A DNA stretch of 64,000 nt from an uncultured delta proteobacterium (lineage in GTDB: Bacteria > Desulfobacterota > Binatia > Binatales > Binataceae), in the NCBI GenBank assembly GCA_963794325.1, contig CAWCDG010000004.1:512001-576000 (forward strand), written 5' to 3'. Shown here in pieces: positions 53,766 to 63,923 of the stretch. Under the pieces are notes generated by a model that ran no database searches, had not been told where the DNA came from, and was given only the letters and a program-made list of their open reading frames with translations. The position numbers and the translations under genes are program-made. The first letter of the stretch is position 1; every line of letters begins with the position of its first letter.

Positions 53766-55175
53766 ATGAAAGAACTTTATTGGAAGCCGGCGCATGAACT
53801 TGCTGCGATGATTCGCAAGCGGGAGGTCAAACCCAGCGAGTTGATGGATGTGACCATCAGGCGGATCGAGCAGACTAATTCGAAGATTAATGCGTTTGTG
53901 GCGCTGCGGGCTGATGCTGCCATGGGTGAGGCGCGCGCGCTTGACGAGAAGATTGCGCGCGGCGAGAAAACCGGCACGCTCGCCGGGTTGCCGCTCGGGG
54001 TCAAGGACCTCGAGGACACGGTCGGGCTGGTGACTTCGCATGGATCGAAGCCGTTCAAGGACAACATGGCCAAGAAGGATTCGATCCAGGTCGCGCGGCT
54101 GAAGGCGGCGGGCGCGATCGTTATCGGCAAGACCAATGCGCCCGAGTTCGGCTACACCGCGTTCACCAAGAATCTGTTGTTCGGGCCGACCCGCAATCCG
54201 TGGAATCTCGAGCGCACGCCCGGCGGTTCGTCGGGCGGCACTTCGGCGGCGATCGCGGCGGGCGTCGTGCCGATTTCGACCGGTTCCGACGGCGGCGGAT
54301 CGGTGCGAATCCCGGCGTGCTACACCGGATGCTACGGGCTGAAGCCGACCTATGGCAGGATTCCCAACGACCCGACCTTCGGGATGCAAAGTTGGAACGA
54401 CACCTCGGTGCACGGCCCGATCGTGCGCACGGTCCGCGACGCTGCGATCTTCATGGACGCAGTGGTCGGCTATCACCCCGCCGATCCCGACTCGCTGCCG
54501 CATCCGGGGATCTCCTACGCCGCGATCCTCGAGGGTCTGCCGAAAAAACTGCGCATCGCATTTCATCCTGACTTCGGCCAGCTCGTGCAGACCGACGTTG
54601 CTCGCGAAATCGCGAAGGCGGCGGCCATCTTCAAGGACCTCGGCCACGACGTTACCACGATCGACGATCCAGTGCCCGACACCGGCCGCGCCTGGATGCA
54701 AGTTGGCGCGGGCCAGGCTTACGCGATGCTGCATGAATACTTCGAGAAGCATCACGAGGATTTCGGCCGCGCGTTCATCACCGGCAGCGAAGGCGCGCCG
54801 CGCGTGACGTGGAAGCATATGGGCGCCGCGTATCGACGCCGCCGCGAATTCAACGATTGGTGCCAGCACGTGTTCGAGCGCTTCGACCTGCTGCTGTGCC
54901 CGGTGCTGCCGACCGAAGCATTTCCGGCGAAGGGCCCGATGCCGACCGAGATCAACGGCCAGCCGCTCAAGGAACCACTGAACGCCGTCGTGTTCACCTA
55001 TCCGTTCAATATGAGCGGGCATCCCGGAGCGTCGGTACGCGCGGGACTTACCGATTCGGGCCTGCCCTGCGGACTGCAGATTGTCGCCGAGCGTCATCGC
55101 GAAGATCTGGTGCTGCAAGCGTCCTATGCATACGAGCAAGCGCGCCCATGGAACAACAAGTGGCCTCAGATCTGA
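53766..55175 (+). CDS. amidase signature family protein
   Basis: GVKD, GKTN.PEFG, GGSSGG and GSDGGGSVRIPA motifs. Confidence 0.92.
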   Translation: MKELYWKPAHELAAMIRKREVKPSELMDVTIRRIEQTNSKINAFVALRADAAMGEARALDEKIARGEKTGTLAGLPLGVKDLEDTVGLVTSHGSKPFKDNMAKKDSIQVARLKAAGAIVIGKTNAPEFGYTAFTKNLLFGPTRNPWNLERTPGGSSGGTSAAIAAGVVPISTGSDGGGSVRIPACYTGCYGLKPTYGRIPNDPTFGMQSWNDTSVHGPIVRTVRDAAIFMDAVVGYHPADPDSLPHPGISYAAILEGLPKKLRIAFHPDFGQLVQTDVAREIAKAAAIFKDLGHDVTTIDDPVPDTGRAWMQVGAGQAYAMLHEYFEKHHEDFGRAFITGSEGAPRVTWKHMGAAYRRRREFNDWCQHVFERFDLLLCPVLPTEAFPAKGPMPTEINGQPLKEPLNAVVFTYPFNMSGHPGASVRAGLTDSGLPCGLQIVAERHREDLVLQASYAYEQARPWNNKWPQI

Positions 55176-55198
55176 TTATTTTATAGACAGGAAGGCAG

Positions 55199-56302
55199 AT
55201 GGATTTCGGACTAAGCGAAGAACAACAGCAACTCAAGGAAAGCGCTCGCGCATTTCTGACCGGCGAGTGTCCAACCACCTTCGTGCGCAAAGCGATGGCG
55301 ACGGAAGAGGGCTATCCGCGCGAGCTCTACGACCACATCGCAAAGCTCGGATGGACTGGCCTTACCGTCCCGGAACAATTCGGCGGCGCGGGACTCGGGA
55401 TGCTCGATATGGCGATGCTGCTCGAAGAAGGCGGCTACGCCGCGATGCCGGGACCGTTCCTTTTCTCATCGGCGCTCGCAGCCGGCGCGCTCAAGCTCAG
55501 CGGCGCCGAAAAACTCAATTCGAAATGGCTCACCGCGCTCGCCGAGGGTCGAGCAATCGGCACGGTCGCGGTGGTCGAGAGCGCGGGCAGTATCGATCCG
55601 CGGGACATCAACACGATCGCGACGAAGAGCGGTGGGGGCTGGCATCTCAACGGCATCAAGATGTTGGCGCCGTATGCGAACGTCGCCGACTTCATCGTCG
55701 TCGCCGCCAAACATGACTCTGATATTTTTCTATTCGTGGTCGATGCGAAATCCACCGGTGTGACGACTCGCTTGATAAAGAATCTCGATCTGACGCGTCG
55801 CGTTTCAAGCGTCGAGCTCAAGAACGCTCCCGCCGAGCGGCTGACCGGTGGAACCGACCTCTTCGCGAAGCTGATCGACGTCGCAGCAATCGCAATCGCC
55901 GCGGACTCGCTCGGCGGCACCGAGCGCGCGCTCGAGATGGCGGTCGATTACTCGAAAGTTCGCGAGCAGTTCGGCAAGCCGATCGGATCGTTTCAGGCGC
56001 TCAAGCACGCCGCCGCCGAAATTGTCGCGGATCTCGAGCCCGCGCGCGCATTGCTCTGGTACGCCGCCTACGCGTTCGACAACCATGCGGCAGACGCCGA
56101 GCGCGCGGCCTCGATGGCGAAGGCGCGCCTGTGCGATATCTACAGCCGCGCCAGCGACCGCGCCGTTCTGATGCACGGCGGAATCGGCTTCACCTGGGAG
56201 CACGATATGCATCTGTGGTTCAAACGCGCGCGCTTCAACGAATCGTGCTTCGGCTCGCCGTCGTTCCATCGCGAGCGCATCGCCGGCCTGGGCGACTACT
56301 GA
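55199..56302 (+). CDS. acyl-CoA dehydrogenase family protein
   Basis: REQFGKPIGSFQALKH and HGGIGFTWEH motifs. Confidence 0.9.
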   Translation: MDFGLSEEQQQLKESARAFLTGECPTTFVRKAMATEEGYPRELYDHIAKLGWTGLTVPEQFGGAGLGMLDMAMLLEEGGYAAMPGPFLFSSALAAGALKLSGAEKLNSKWLTALAEGRAIGTVAVVESAGSIDPRDINTIATKSGGGWHLNGIKMLAPYANVADFIVVAAKHDSDIFLFVVDAKSTGVTTRLIKNLDLTRRVSSVELKNAPAERLTGGTDLFAKLIDVAAIAIAADSLGGTERALEMAVDYSKVREQFGKPIGSFQALKHAAAEIVADLEPARALLWYAAYAFDNHAADAERAASMAKARLCDIYSRASDRAVLMHGGIGFTWEHDMHLWFKRARFNESCFGSPSFHRERIAGLGDY

Positions 56303-56313
56303 ATCGGCGCTCC

Positions 56314-57333
56314 GTGAAGTTCGACATCTTCTACCAGCTCCCCGAAGCGGCGAATCAAATCACTGCTGAGCGTTATCGCGAGCTGATCGCGGAAGCCGCG
56401 GAAGCCGATCGGCTCGGCTTCAATACGGTGTGGCTCGCCGAGGTGCATTTCGCGCCGCGCTTTTCCGTGATGCCCACGCCGCTGCTGCTGCTCGCCGCAA
56501 TCGCGGAGCGCACCACCAACCTCCGCCTCGGCATGGCCGTCAACCTGATGCCGCTGCATCATCCGATCCGGCTGGCCGAAGAGGTGGCAACGCTGGACGT
56601 GCTGAGCGGCGGCCGGGTCGAGTTCGGCGCCGGCCGCGGCGCATTCCCGCTGAACTATCGCGGCTACGGCGTCGCGATGTCCGACAGCCGCGCACTGTTC
56701 GAAGACGGCCTCGAATCAATCAAGACTGCGTGGACGCAACCGCGCGTCGATGGAATCGAAGTAGTTCCCAAACCGATACAGCGGCCGCATCCGCCGATTC
56801 GGCTGGCCGCCAACAGCGCCGACACTTTCACTTTCGCCGGTGCGAATCGTTATCCAATCTTCGCCGGCGGTCCAGTGAATCCGATCCCGGTGCTCGCCGA
56901 GCGGCTTAAGATTTATGAGAGCGCGCTGAAGGCGGCGGGACACGAGCGTCCCGACGATTGGCTGGCGGCGGCGCTGATGGTGTTCGTCGGCCGCGATCGC
57001 GCTAAGGTTCGCGCGACGATTGAGCCCAGCCTGCGCAACTACTTCAACGCGGTCAGCGACATCATCGAGCCTGAAAGCCTCGCGCCCGGCCATCAAGCGG
57101 AATTCCAGAAAGTCCGCAATCGGCTGCGCACGATCGACTACTCGACTATCGATTCGATAATGGGAATTTTCGGCGACCCCGAATACTGCATCGATCGAAT
57201 CGCGCAACTAGAACAGCAATTCGGTTTCACGCGTCTGGTGTGCTGGTTCGAAATAGGCGGCATCAGCGGGCATCAGAACGTACTCGCATCAATGCGCCAA
57301 TTCGCTGATCGCGTGATGCCGAGGTTTCAATGA
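56314..57333 (+). CDS. LLM-class flavin-dependent oxidoreductase
   Basis: WLAEVHF, HPIRLAEEVATLD.LSGGRVEFG.GRG and PKPIQRPHPPI motifs. Confidence 0.88.
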   Translation: MKFDIFYQLPEAANQITAERYRELIAEAAEADRLGFNTVWLAEVHFAPRFSVMPTPLLLLAAIAERTTNLRLGMAVNLMPLHHPIRLAEEVATLDVLSGGRVEFGAGRGAFPLNYRGYGVAMSDSRALFEDGLESIKTAWTQPRVDGIEVVPKPIQRPHPPIRLAANSADTFTFAGANRYPIFAGGPVNPIPVLAERLKIYESALKAAGHERPDDWLAAALMVFVGRDRAKVRATIEPSLRNYFNAVSDIIEPESLAPGHQAEFQKVRNRLRTIDYSTIDSIMGIFGDPEYCIDRIAQLEQQFGFTRLVCWFEIGGISGHQNVLASMRQFADRVMPRFQ

Positions 57334-59087
57334 CGCGGCGAGTCTGACGACATCCTCACTGCGCGCAGGATGTCGGTCTTCGTCACGATTCCCTGCAGTG
57401 CGCCGGCTTCGTCGGTTACCAGCAGGATCTGCGCGCCGCGCTCTTGCACCAACAGCCGCAGCGCTTCGCTGAGGTCGCAGTCTTCCATGACTCGGATTGC
57501 GCTGCGGTCCGCGATTTCGCCGACGGTGATCTTGTCCCAATCCTCGGATGAGACTCGACTTAGATCTGATACTGAAATCGTTCCCACTACTTTGTCGCCT
57601 TCGTAAACCGGAAAAATCGTGTGACGGTGATGAGCCGCGACGCTCGCGACGAATTCGCGAATCGTCGAAATCGCTTGCACCGAGACTACGCGACGCTGCA
57701 TTACGTCCCGCACCGCCATGCCGGATAGCTCGGCAAGTTTCGCGGTCTCGTGAAGATGTTGATCGCCAGAGACCGACGCCTCGCCCGAAATCGCGTACGC
57801 GACTGCGGCGCCGATCAGACTCGGGATGATGTACGAATGACCTCCGGTAGTCTCCGCGACGAAGACCACTGCCGTGAGCGGGGCTTTGTAGCCGGCTGCG
57901 ATGAACGCCGCCATCCCGACCGCCGCATATAGATCGTGCGTCGGCGCGTGAACTACAGATTGCGCGTAGGCGTTGCCAAGAGCGCCGCCGACCAGCAGCA
58001 ACGGCACGAACATCGCGCTGACGCCGCCTGAGCCGAGCGTGAAAATTGTCGCGAGCAATTTCAACGCGACGAATAACAGCAGCACTTCGGTCGGTATCGG
58101 ATGCGCGAGTACGTAGCGCACGGCCTCGTAGTTGGGGCCGATCGGGATGAGCGGGCCGTCGTAAATCGTCACGAACGCGAGTCCGCACAGCGCGGTGCCG
58201 AGGCCGCCGATCGTGAGCTTCAGCCAGTGTGGTATCCGGCTGGCGATGAAGAAAACGCGCACGCGGCGGAACGTGATGTCGAAAACGATGGCGATGAGCC
58301 CGATGCCTGCGCCGAGCAGCGCCGACCACCAAATGTCGCTGGCTCGAAAGCTGGTGCTGCCGGCGAAACCGAACAGCGGCTGCGCGCCGACGATCGACAC
58401 CAGCGTCGCATATGCGACCACCGACGCGATCAGCGATGGCAGCAACGCTTCGTGCGCGAGGTCATCCTTGTACGGCATCTCGAGTGCGAACACGATCCCG
58501 GTGAGCGGCGCGCGGAAGACTGCCGACATGCCGGCCGCAGCGCCGCTGATCAACATGATGCGACGGTCGCGCGCCTCCAGCCCGAAACGTCGCAGCTTGG
58601 TCCATAGCCACGATCCGATCGCGCCGCCGCTGTAGATGCTAGGTCCCTCGAGCGCCGCGCTGCCGCCTGATCCGACAGTGGTCACTGCGGCGAGCAGCTT
58701 CCACCAGAACGGACCGATGTCGATGTCGCCCTGATGCTCGTGATAGGAGCGCACGATCTCTTCGGTCGAGTGCTCGTCGGGATTGGGCGTACAGAATTGC
58801 ATTATCAGGCCTGTCGCGAAGAAGCCGCTGACCAGTCCGACCACGATTGCCCAATGATGCCCAAGGTAGTAGAGAAGGAGCGCCCTCCAGATGACATCGA
58901 GAACGAGCACGGCGATCCCGGTTATGATGAGTCCGGTGAGGACGCCGATAACTGGCGCGACGAGGAGCCATTTCTGGATGTCCCGCGAGTAAGTTGCCGT
59001 CAGGTCTTCGTTGACGAGGGTGGCGTATTTTCGCAGTAGCGGATGTTTGAGGAATTTCGACTTGAGAACGTTCGTCAGAATTCCCAA
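57327..59087 (-). CDS. ClC-family anion channel/transporter with C-terminal CBS pair
   Basis: GGSAALEGP, GAAAGMSAVFRAPLTG..FALE, APLT..VFVAETTG and CBS motifs; start uncertain (TTG 59087 with RBS). Confidence 0.9.
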   Translation of the reverse strand: MGILTNVLKSKFLKHPLLRKYATLVNEDLTATYSRDIQKWLLVAPVIGVLTGLIITGIAVLVLDVIWRALLLYYLGHHWAIVVGLVSGFFATGLIMQFCTPNPDEHSTEEIVRSYHEHQGDIDIGPFWWKLLAAVTTVGSGGSAALEGPSIYSGGAIGSWLWTKLRRFGLEARDRRIMLISGAAAGMSAVFRAPLTGIVFALEMPYKDDLAHEALLPSLIASVVAYATLVSIVGAQPLFGFAGSTSFRASDIWWSALLGAGIGLIAIVFDITFRRVRVFFIASRIPHWLKLTIGGLGTALCGLAFVTIYDGPLIPIGPNYEAVRYVLAHPIPTEVLLLFVALKLLATIFTLGSGGVSAMFVPLLLVGGALGNAYAQSVVHAPTHDLYAAVGMAAFIAAGYKAPLTAVVFVAETTGGHSYIIPSLIGAAVAYAISGEASVSGDQHLHETAKLAELSGMAVRDVMQRRVVSVQAISTIREFVASVAAHHRHTIFPVYEGDKVVGTISVSDLSRVSSEDWDKITVGEIADRSAIRVMEDCDLSEALRLLVQERGAQILLVTDEAGALQGIVTKTDILRAVRMSSDSPRH

Positions 59088-59513
59088 TGACGCTATCCTT
59101 TCCCTTCCCGGAGTCAGGCCGGACGAGTCACATTTCACAATCGCTGATGGTTATCACTATGTCTCGGCGTGGCACAGTCGCAGCAACGGATGTAGCAAAA
59201 TTGCCACAAGCGAACCATGGCAGGACACTGACTGAACGGGCGTTTCGCGTGCGTGTGCAGAATGCAGCCGATCTTCAACGTCCAAATCTGCGATTTGCTG
59301 GTTATCGAGGGCTTCAATTGCCCTCGCATCATCATACGTCAGCTAGGCGTACGGTTACTCGTCTTGCGATGGCTCCGAAGCTGGCACCAAGGAAATGGCA
59401 CGGCAATTGGATCATCTCCGATCAGTAGCTTTCATCTGGCTTAGTTGAGACAGTTTTAGTTGACCGATTTACTGAAATCCGCGGGACCGGATTTCGTCAG
59501 GTGACGGGGGATT

Positions 59514-59996
59514 ATGAGCGACGAGAATAAAGAAAAAGAGCAAGACAAGGACTTGGGTGTGTTGAATCCGGCGGTCAGGATTTTCCTTGTCGAAGATAAT
59601 CCTGACCATGTTTTTATCGCGCTCACCGTGGTCAGGCAGGTGCTCGGCGACGATATCGAGTTGGTGCACGCGGCCAATGCTGACGAGGCGCTGCTCATGA
59701 TCGCTCAGTTCACCGAGCATGACCGTCCGGACTTGTTCCTGGTTGATTTGCGCCTGCCCGACAACGGCGGCTTCTCGGTGTTGCAGGCGGCGCGCGCGAA
59801 CGAGGCGCTCACTGCGGTGCCGATGTTCGTGATCACCAGCTCGCTCTACGATCGCGACATTGCCGAGAGCTATCAACTCGGCGCGTCCGCAGTCCTGTGC
59901 AAGCCGCTCTCGCGCGCCAAGCTGCGCGATGAGTTGGTGCGCGTCGGCGCGCTGCCTCTCTCGCAGCGGCCGAGCGACCCCGCATATCGTCACTAG
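59514..59996 (+). CDS. stand-alone response regulator receiver protein
   Basis: LVEDN, PDLFLVDLRLP, TSS and KP motifs. Confidence 0.88.
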   Translation: MSDENKEKEQDKDLGVLNPAVRIFLVEDNPDHVFIALTVVRQVLGDDIELVHAANADEALLMIAQFTEHDRPDLFLVDLRLPDNGGFSVLQAARANEALTAVPMFVITSSLYDRDIAESYQLGASAVLCKPLSRAKLRDELVRVGALPLSQRPSDPAYRH

Positions 59997-60169
59997 CTCA
60001 AGATCAAATTGCATAATTGCTGCGGGCTGTGAGTCATCCGACTCGCGGCTCGTTTGCTTTTGCAGACTTGACGCTCGCGCCTGCAAATAGGATCGTCGCC
60101 TGACGGTCTGCGGAGCGGCAGACGCACTTGCCTAGCAGCGAAAGCGAAAATCATCGCACAGGAGTTGCC

Positions 60170-61411
60170 GTGAAACCCTACACATTCGAGAAAAGCGACG
60201 CGCTGATGGAGCGCGCGAAAAAAGTTGTTCCTGGCGGTATTTACGGGCATCAGACGCCGCTGGTTCTCACCAAGGGCGCATACCCCTCGTTCTTCGCGCG
60301 CGGCGAGGGCTCGCACATCTGGGACGTCGATGGCAACGAGTACATCGATTACATGTGCTCGTACGGGCCAATTGTGCTCGGCCATCGGCATCCCAAGGTC
60401 GAGGAAGCGGCGCGCCGGCAGATGGAACTCGGCAACTGCTTCAACGCGCCGGGGCCGGCGTGGGTCGTGCTCGCGGAGCATCTCGTGTCAATCACGCCGT
60501 TCGCGGACTGGACGGTGTTTGCGAAGAACGGGTCGGATGTTTGCACGTGGGCGACCGAGGTCGCGCGTCATGCGACCGGGCGGCCAAAGATCGCGATGTG
60601 CTCGGGCGCGTACCACGGCACGCACGCGTGGTGCACGCCGGCGCCCAACGGGGTGACGCCGGAAGATCGCGCGAACGTCGTTTATTTTCGATTCAACGAT
60701 CTCGAGAGCCTGCGTAGCGCGGTCGAAGCGAACAGCGGCAAAGTTGCGGGCGTCATCGTGTCACCGTTCAAGCATGACGCCGGTCACGATTCGGAATTGC
60801 CGGTCGAAGGATTTCTGTCCGGGGTGCGAAAGATCTGCGACGACAACGGCATCGTGCTGATCCTCGACGACGTGCGGGCCGGCTTCCGCCTGCACATGGG
60901 CGGATCGGGCGAGCTGTTCGGAGTGCGTCCCGACCTGACGACCTACTGCAAGGCAATCGCCAACGGCTATCCGCTCGCCGCATGCCTCGGGCGCGACAGC
61001 CTGAAGCAGACGGCCCAGGAAGTATTTTTCACGGGATCGTATTTCACCAGCGCGGTGCCGATGGCGGCGAGCCTGGCGAATCTCAAGGAGCTGCAGGCGA
61101 GCGGTGGAATCGAGCGGATGCGCGCGACCGGCGAGAAGCTGCGCACCGGTCTGCTCGCGCAGGCGCGCAGTGCCGGAATCGAGGTGACCTGGTCGGGGCC
61201 GCCCGCGCTTCCGTACATGACGTTCAAGGCCGACGCGGGCCATTTCGATCGCGCGAAGGTTTTCGCCGGCGCATGCTCGCGAAGCGGCGTGTACTTCGCG
61301 CCTCGCCACAACTGGTTCATCTCGGCCGCGCACACCGATCGCGATATCGAGCAGACCCTGAACGTCACCGAGCAAGCATTCGCCGCAGTGCGGAAACAGT
61401 TCGGCGCATAG
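60170..61411 (+). CDS. class III aminotransferase (glutamate-1-semialdehyde aminomutase-like)
   Basis: VVPGG, WDVDGNEYIDY..SYGP, AYHG, DDVRAGFR and KAIANGYP; GGAG RBS before GTG. Confidence 0.85.
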   Translation: MKPYTFEKSDALMERAKKVVPGGIYGHQTPLVLTKGAYPSFFARGEGSHIWDVDGNEYIDYMCSYGPIVLGHRHPKVEEAARRQMELGNCFNAPGPAWVVLAEHLVSITPFADWTVFAKNGSDVCTWATEVARHATGRPKIAMCSGAYHGTHAWCTPAPNGVTPEDRANVVYFRFNDLESLRSAVEANSGKVAGVIVSPFKHDAGHDSELPVEGFLSGVRKICDDNGIVLILDDVRAGFRLHMGGSGELFGVRPDLTTYCKAIANGYPLAACLGRDSLKQTAQEVFFTGSYFTSAVPMAASLANLKELQASGGIERMRATGEKLRTGLLAQARSAGIEVTWSGPPALPYMTFKADAGHFDRAKVFAGACSRSGVYFAPRHNWFISAAHTDRDIEQTLNVTEQAFAAVRKQFGA

Positions 61412-61439
61412 CTGCAGTCGAGCGACGTTTCCCGCCCGC

Positions 61440-61862
61440 TCAGTGAGCCGCTGCTGTCGCGAGGCCGTAAGGCATCGGCAACACCCAGCCTTTGGCCCCT
61501 CCCTGCAGAGGGAGCGGGCCTTGCAGCTTATCGGTCGACAATGGGTATGTAAGAGGCTGGTTGAGTGTTCCGTCTTTCGCACGTTGCCAAAGCTCTCTCG
61601 CAGCGCCACAATCGTCCATGCACATCCAGTCGGTGACGGCCGCGTTCGTGCAGCGCTTCCTGGTAGCTGCCCAAGCATTTGGGCGATTTTCCGCCTGGTA
61701 GTGAGGTGGCGGCGGAGACGCGGGTACGTCTGAGCACCAGTTCGGATTTCGCGGTGCTGGCGTGGGAGCCGCCGTCGGCTGCTGCGCGCCGGCGCTCGCC
61801 ACCATCAGCGCCGCGCCGATAGCGGCGAGAATTACGATTATTTCCCCTTTCGCAAAATTCAT
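61440..61862 (-). CDS. secreted Pro/Cys-rich hypothetical protein (paralog of 13118-13579)
   Basis: Signal peptide, NPNWCSDVPASPPPP and C..DC..ARELW motifs. Confidence 0.7.
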   Translation of the reverse strand: MNFAKGEIIVILAAIGAALMVASAGAQQPTAAPTPAPRNPNWCSDVPASPPPPHYQAENRPNAWAATRKRCTNAAVTDWMCMDDCGAARELWQRAKDGTLNQPLTYPLSTDKLQGPLPLQGGAKGWVLPMPYGLATAAAH

Positions 61863-61891
61863 CTTCCGCTCTTCACCCACGGATCGAATAG

Positions 61892-62980
61892 CTACTCGCC
61901 GCTCAGGAATCGATACACCAGTTTCTGGAAGTGCTGGATGCCGCGTTCGCGCGACAGCATCAACTGGCCGTGCTCGATCGCGCCTGAGCGCAGTCCGCGC
62001 TGGACCGATTCGCATAGCACGATGTCCTCGCGCGTCACGAGGTCGCTGAATTCCACGTCGTTACGAATCTCCGCTTCGCTCGCATCAGCCGCGAAAAAGT
62101 AATCGACGACTTGCCGCGAGTGTCCCGCATCGATCGGAACGACGGATATCGCCTGGAGATTCGGCGGATTGCCGTAAAGCGAGAACAATACGTTTGGCCA
62201 GAGCGTTGCGTAGTTGACGCCGGCGCCAGGCGATCCCAGGATCGGGCCGTAGTAGGTCGAGAAGTATTCGTGATCGGTCTCGACGCGATAAGCGTTGGTG
62301 TCGATCACTTCTGAGAATTTCGGATGCGCGATCGGACAGTGGTAGCATTCGTTGAAATTCTCGACGACGATTTTCCAGTTCGAGGCAATTTCGTAAACGT
62401 CGCGCCGCAGCATCCGCATTCGCGCGAAATCGATCCCCGCGCGCTCGAAGATAGCCGGTAATTCGCCGATCACGTCGCGCAACGGAGTCGCGGCCGGAGA
62501 AGGGTTGACGAAAATCAGCGGCCCCCAGGTCTCGACCGCGAACGGCGCGAGCGAAAGGGTGTCCTTCGCGAACTCGCGTTGCTCATTCTCGCGAGGCGCG
62601 GTGCGCAGCGTGCCGTCCAGATTGTAGGTCCATCCGTGATAGTGGCACTGCAGCGTCTTGCGATTGCCCGCGCACTCGAGAACCACCTCGCTCCCGCGAT
62701 GCCGGCATACGTTGGCAAACGCGCGAATCGCTTTTTCAGTATCCCGCACAACCACGACCGGGATGTCGCCCAGAAGCGTCGTGAAAAAATCGCCGACGCT
62801 CCCTAGCTGTGCGGTGTGCCCGACGTACTGCCACGCGCGATGAAAGATGCGATCCTTCTCGGCCCGAAACACATCAGGCTCGACATACCATCGCGCCGGC
62901 AAAGTTTCGCCGCGTTCGAGCCCGCTGGCGATCGCCGGGTCTGCGTATTTGTTCGATGTCGTATTCAGCCGCTCACTCAC
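61892..62980 (-). CDS. Rieske non-heme iron oxygenase alpha subunit (choline monooxygenase-like)
   Basis: CRHRG..CHYHGW Rieske motif, NWK..ENF.ECYHC..AHP, and ED. Confidence 0.9.
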   Translation of the reverse strand: MSERLNTTSNKYADPAIASGLERGETLPARWYVEPDVFRAEKDRIFHRAWQYVGHTAQLGSVGDFFTTLLGDIPVVVVRDTEKAIRAFANVCRHRGSEVVLECAGNRKTLQCHYHGWTYNLDGTLRTAPRENEQREFAKDTLSLAPFAVETWGPLIFVNPSPAATPLRDVIGELPAIFERAGIDFARMRMLRRDVYEIASNWKIVVENFNECYHCPIAHPKFSEVIDTNAYRVETDHEYFSTYYGPILGSPGAGVNYATLWPNVLFSLYGNPPNLQAISVVPIDAGHSRQVVDYFFAADASEAEIRNDVEFSDLVTREDIVLCESVQRGLRSGAIEHGQLMLSRERGIQHFQKLVYRFLSGE

Positions 62981-63543
62981 TCAGAACCGGGATCTTGCCT
63001 TTGAATAGCACATCGGACCTCATCGAGCAGTTCTTGTATCGGCCGAATTCCGTCGAGGCGCAGGACGTGGCATGGTAGCGTCGCGAGCCATGCCTGATGC
63101 CGCGCGAGATTGCGCTCCTCGCGAGTGCCGTCGTCGTAATGCGACGCCCATTCGAAGAACTCTTCCGCCTTCTGATGCATCGAGCCGCCCGGAGCAACGG
63201 CGTCGGCGCCGAGGCGCTGAGACTCGCGCGCCCGCAACCGCTCCAGACGAATCGAGGTCGGGACATACAAAAATATCACCAGGTCAAAAAACGGAACGAT
63301 GGGATCGCCCCAGCCGTCGAGCGATCCACTCAGCACCCAGTCCGGCCGTTCGAGGAACATCTCGAGCATCAGCCGGAGGCGATCGGCAACCTCGCGTATC
63401 TCGCGATAATGCGGATTCGTCGGCCGCCAGAAGTAATCGTCAGTATCGTGATGCGCGATCGCGAGCGCATCGGCCAACGCGCGCCCGAGACTCGTCACCC
63501 CGGCGCCGGAAGCTCCCGTGATGTGAATCCGCCGAGTCTGCAT
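62977..63543 (-). CDS. P-loop nucleotide kinase-like protein
   Basis: IHITGASGAGVTSLG, DTDDYFW and WVLSGSL.GWGD motifs. Confidence 0.8.
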   Translation of the reverse strand: MQTRRIHITGASGAGVTSLGRALADALAIAHHDTDDYFWRPTNPHYREIREVADRLRLMLEMFLERPDWVLSGSLDGWGDPIVPFFDLVIFLYVPTSIRLERLRARESQRLGADAVAPGGSMHQKAEEFFEWASHYDDGTREERNLARHQAWLATLPCHVLRLDGIRPIQELLDEVRCAIQRQDPGSE

Positions 63544-63906
63544 CTAGCCGCTTTTCAGATTGCGCAGCACCTCGAGCCGCAGCTTCAGCTTTTCGCCGAG
63601 CCATAGCGCGTTGACTGCGTGATCGGTGTAAGCGTTGGTGGTCTCCGGATGCACCAGAATATTCAGTCCGTCGCGATTCAGCATCAGCCACGGCACGATC
63701 CTGGCGAATTCTTCAGGCTCGAATTTCACCTGGTACATCGCCTGCGGATGCGGCCCTACCGGCGCATCGCGCCATCGGCCCATCTCCACTTTGAAGCGGC
63801 GCTCGATCTCTTCCCGGATACGCGCGGCGGTCTCGCGCGACGCATCATCGTAATAGATGTGCGCGTGATAGCAATTTATGATCGCTGGATCGATCGCATT
63901 TGCCAT
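63544..63906 (-). CDS. DOPA 4,5-dioxygenase family protein
   Basis: YHAHIYY, PVGPHP, WLMLNR.GL.ILVHP and DH...LWLG motifs. Confidence 0.88.
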   Translation of the reverse strand: MANAIDPAIINCYHAHIYYDDASRETAARIREEIERRFKVEMGRWRDAPVGPHPQAMYQVKFEPEEFARIVPWLMLNRDGLNILVHPETTNAYTDHAVNALWLGEKLKLRLEVLRNLKSG

Positions 63907-63923
63907 CGCTATTACTCAGTCGA

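Noticed and set aside
59090-59250. Fluoride riboswitch upstream of the ClC
   Set aside because: No crcB-motif consensus on the coding strand, and the protein lacks CLC-F motifs.
60170-61411. Calling the class III aminotransferase hemL
   Set aside because: It lacks the GGVNSPVR signature and has DDV instead of DEV; only a family-level call is supported.
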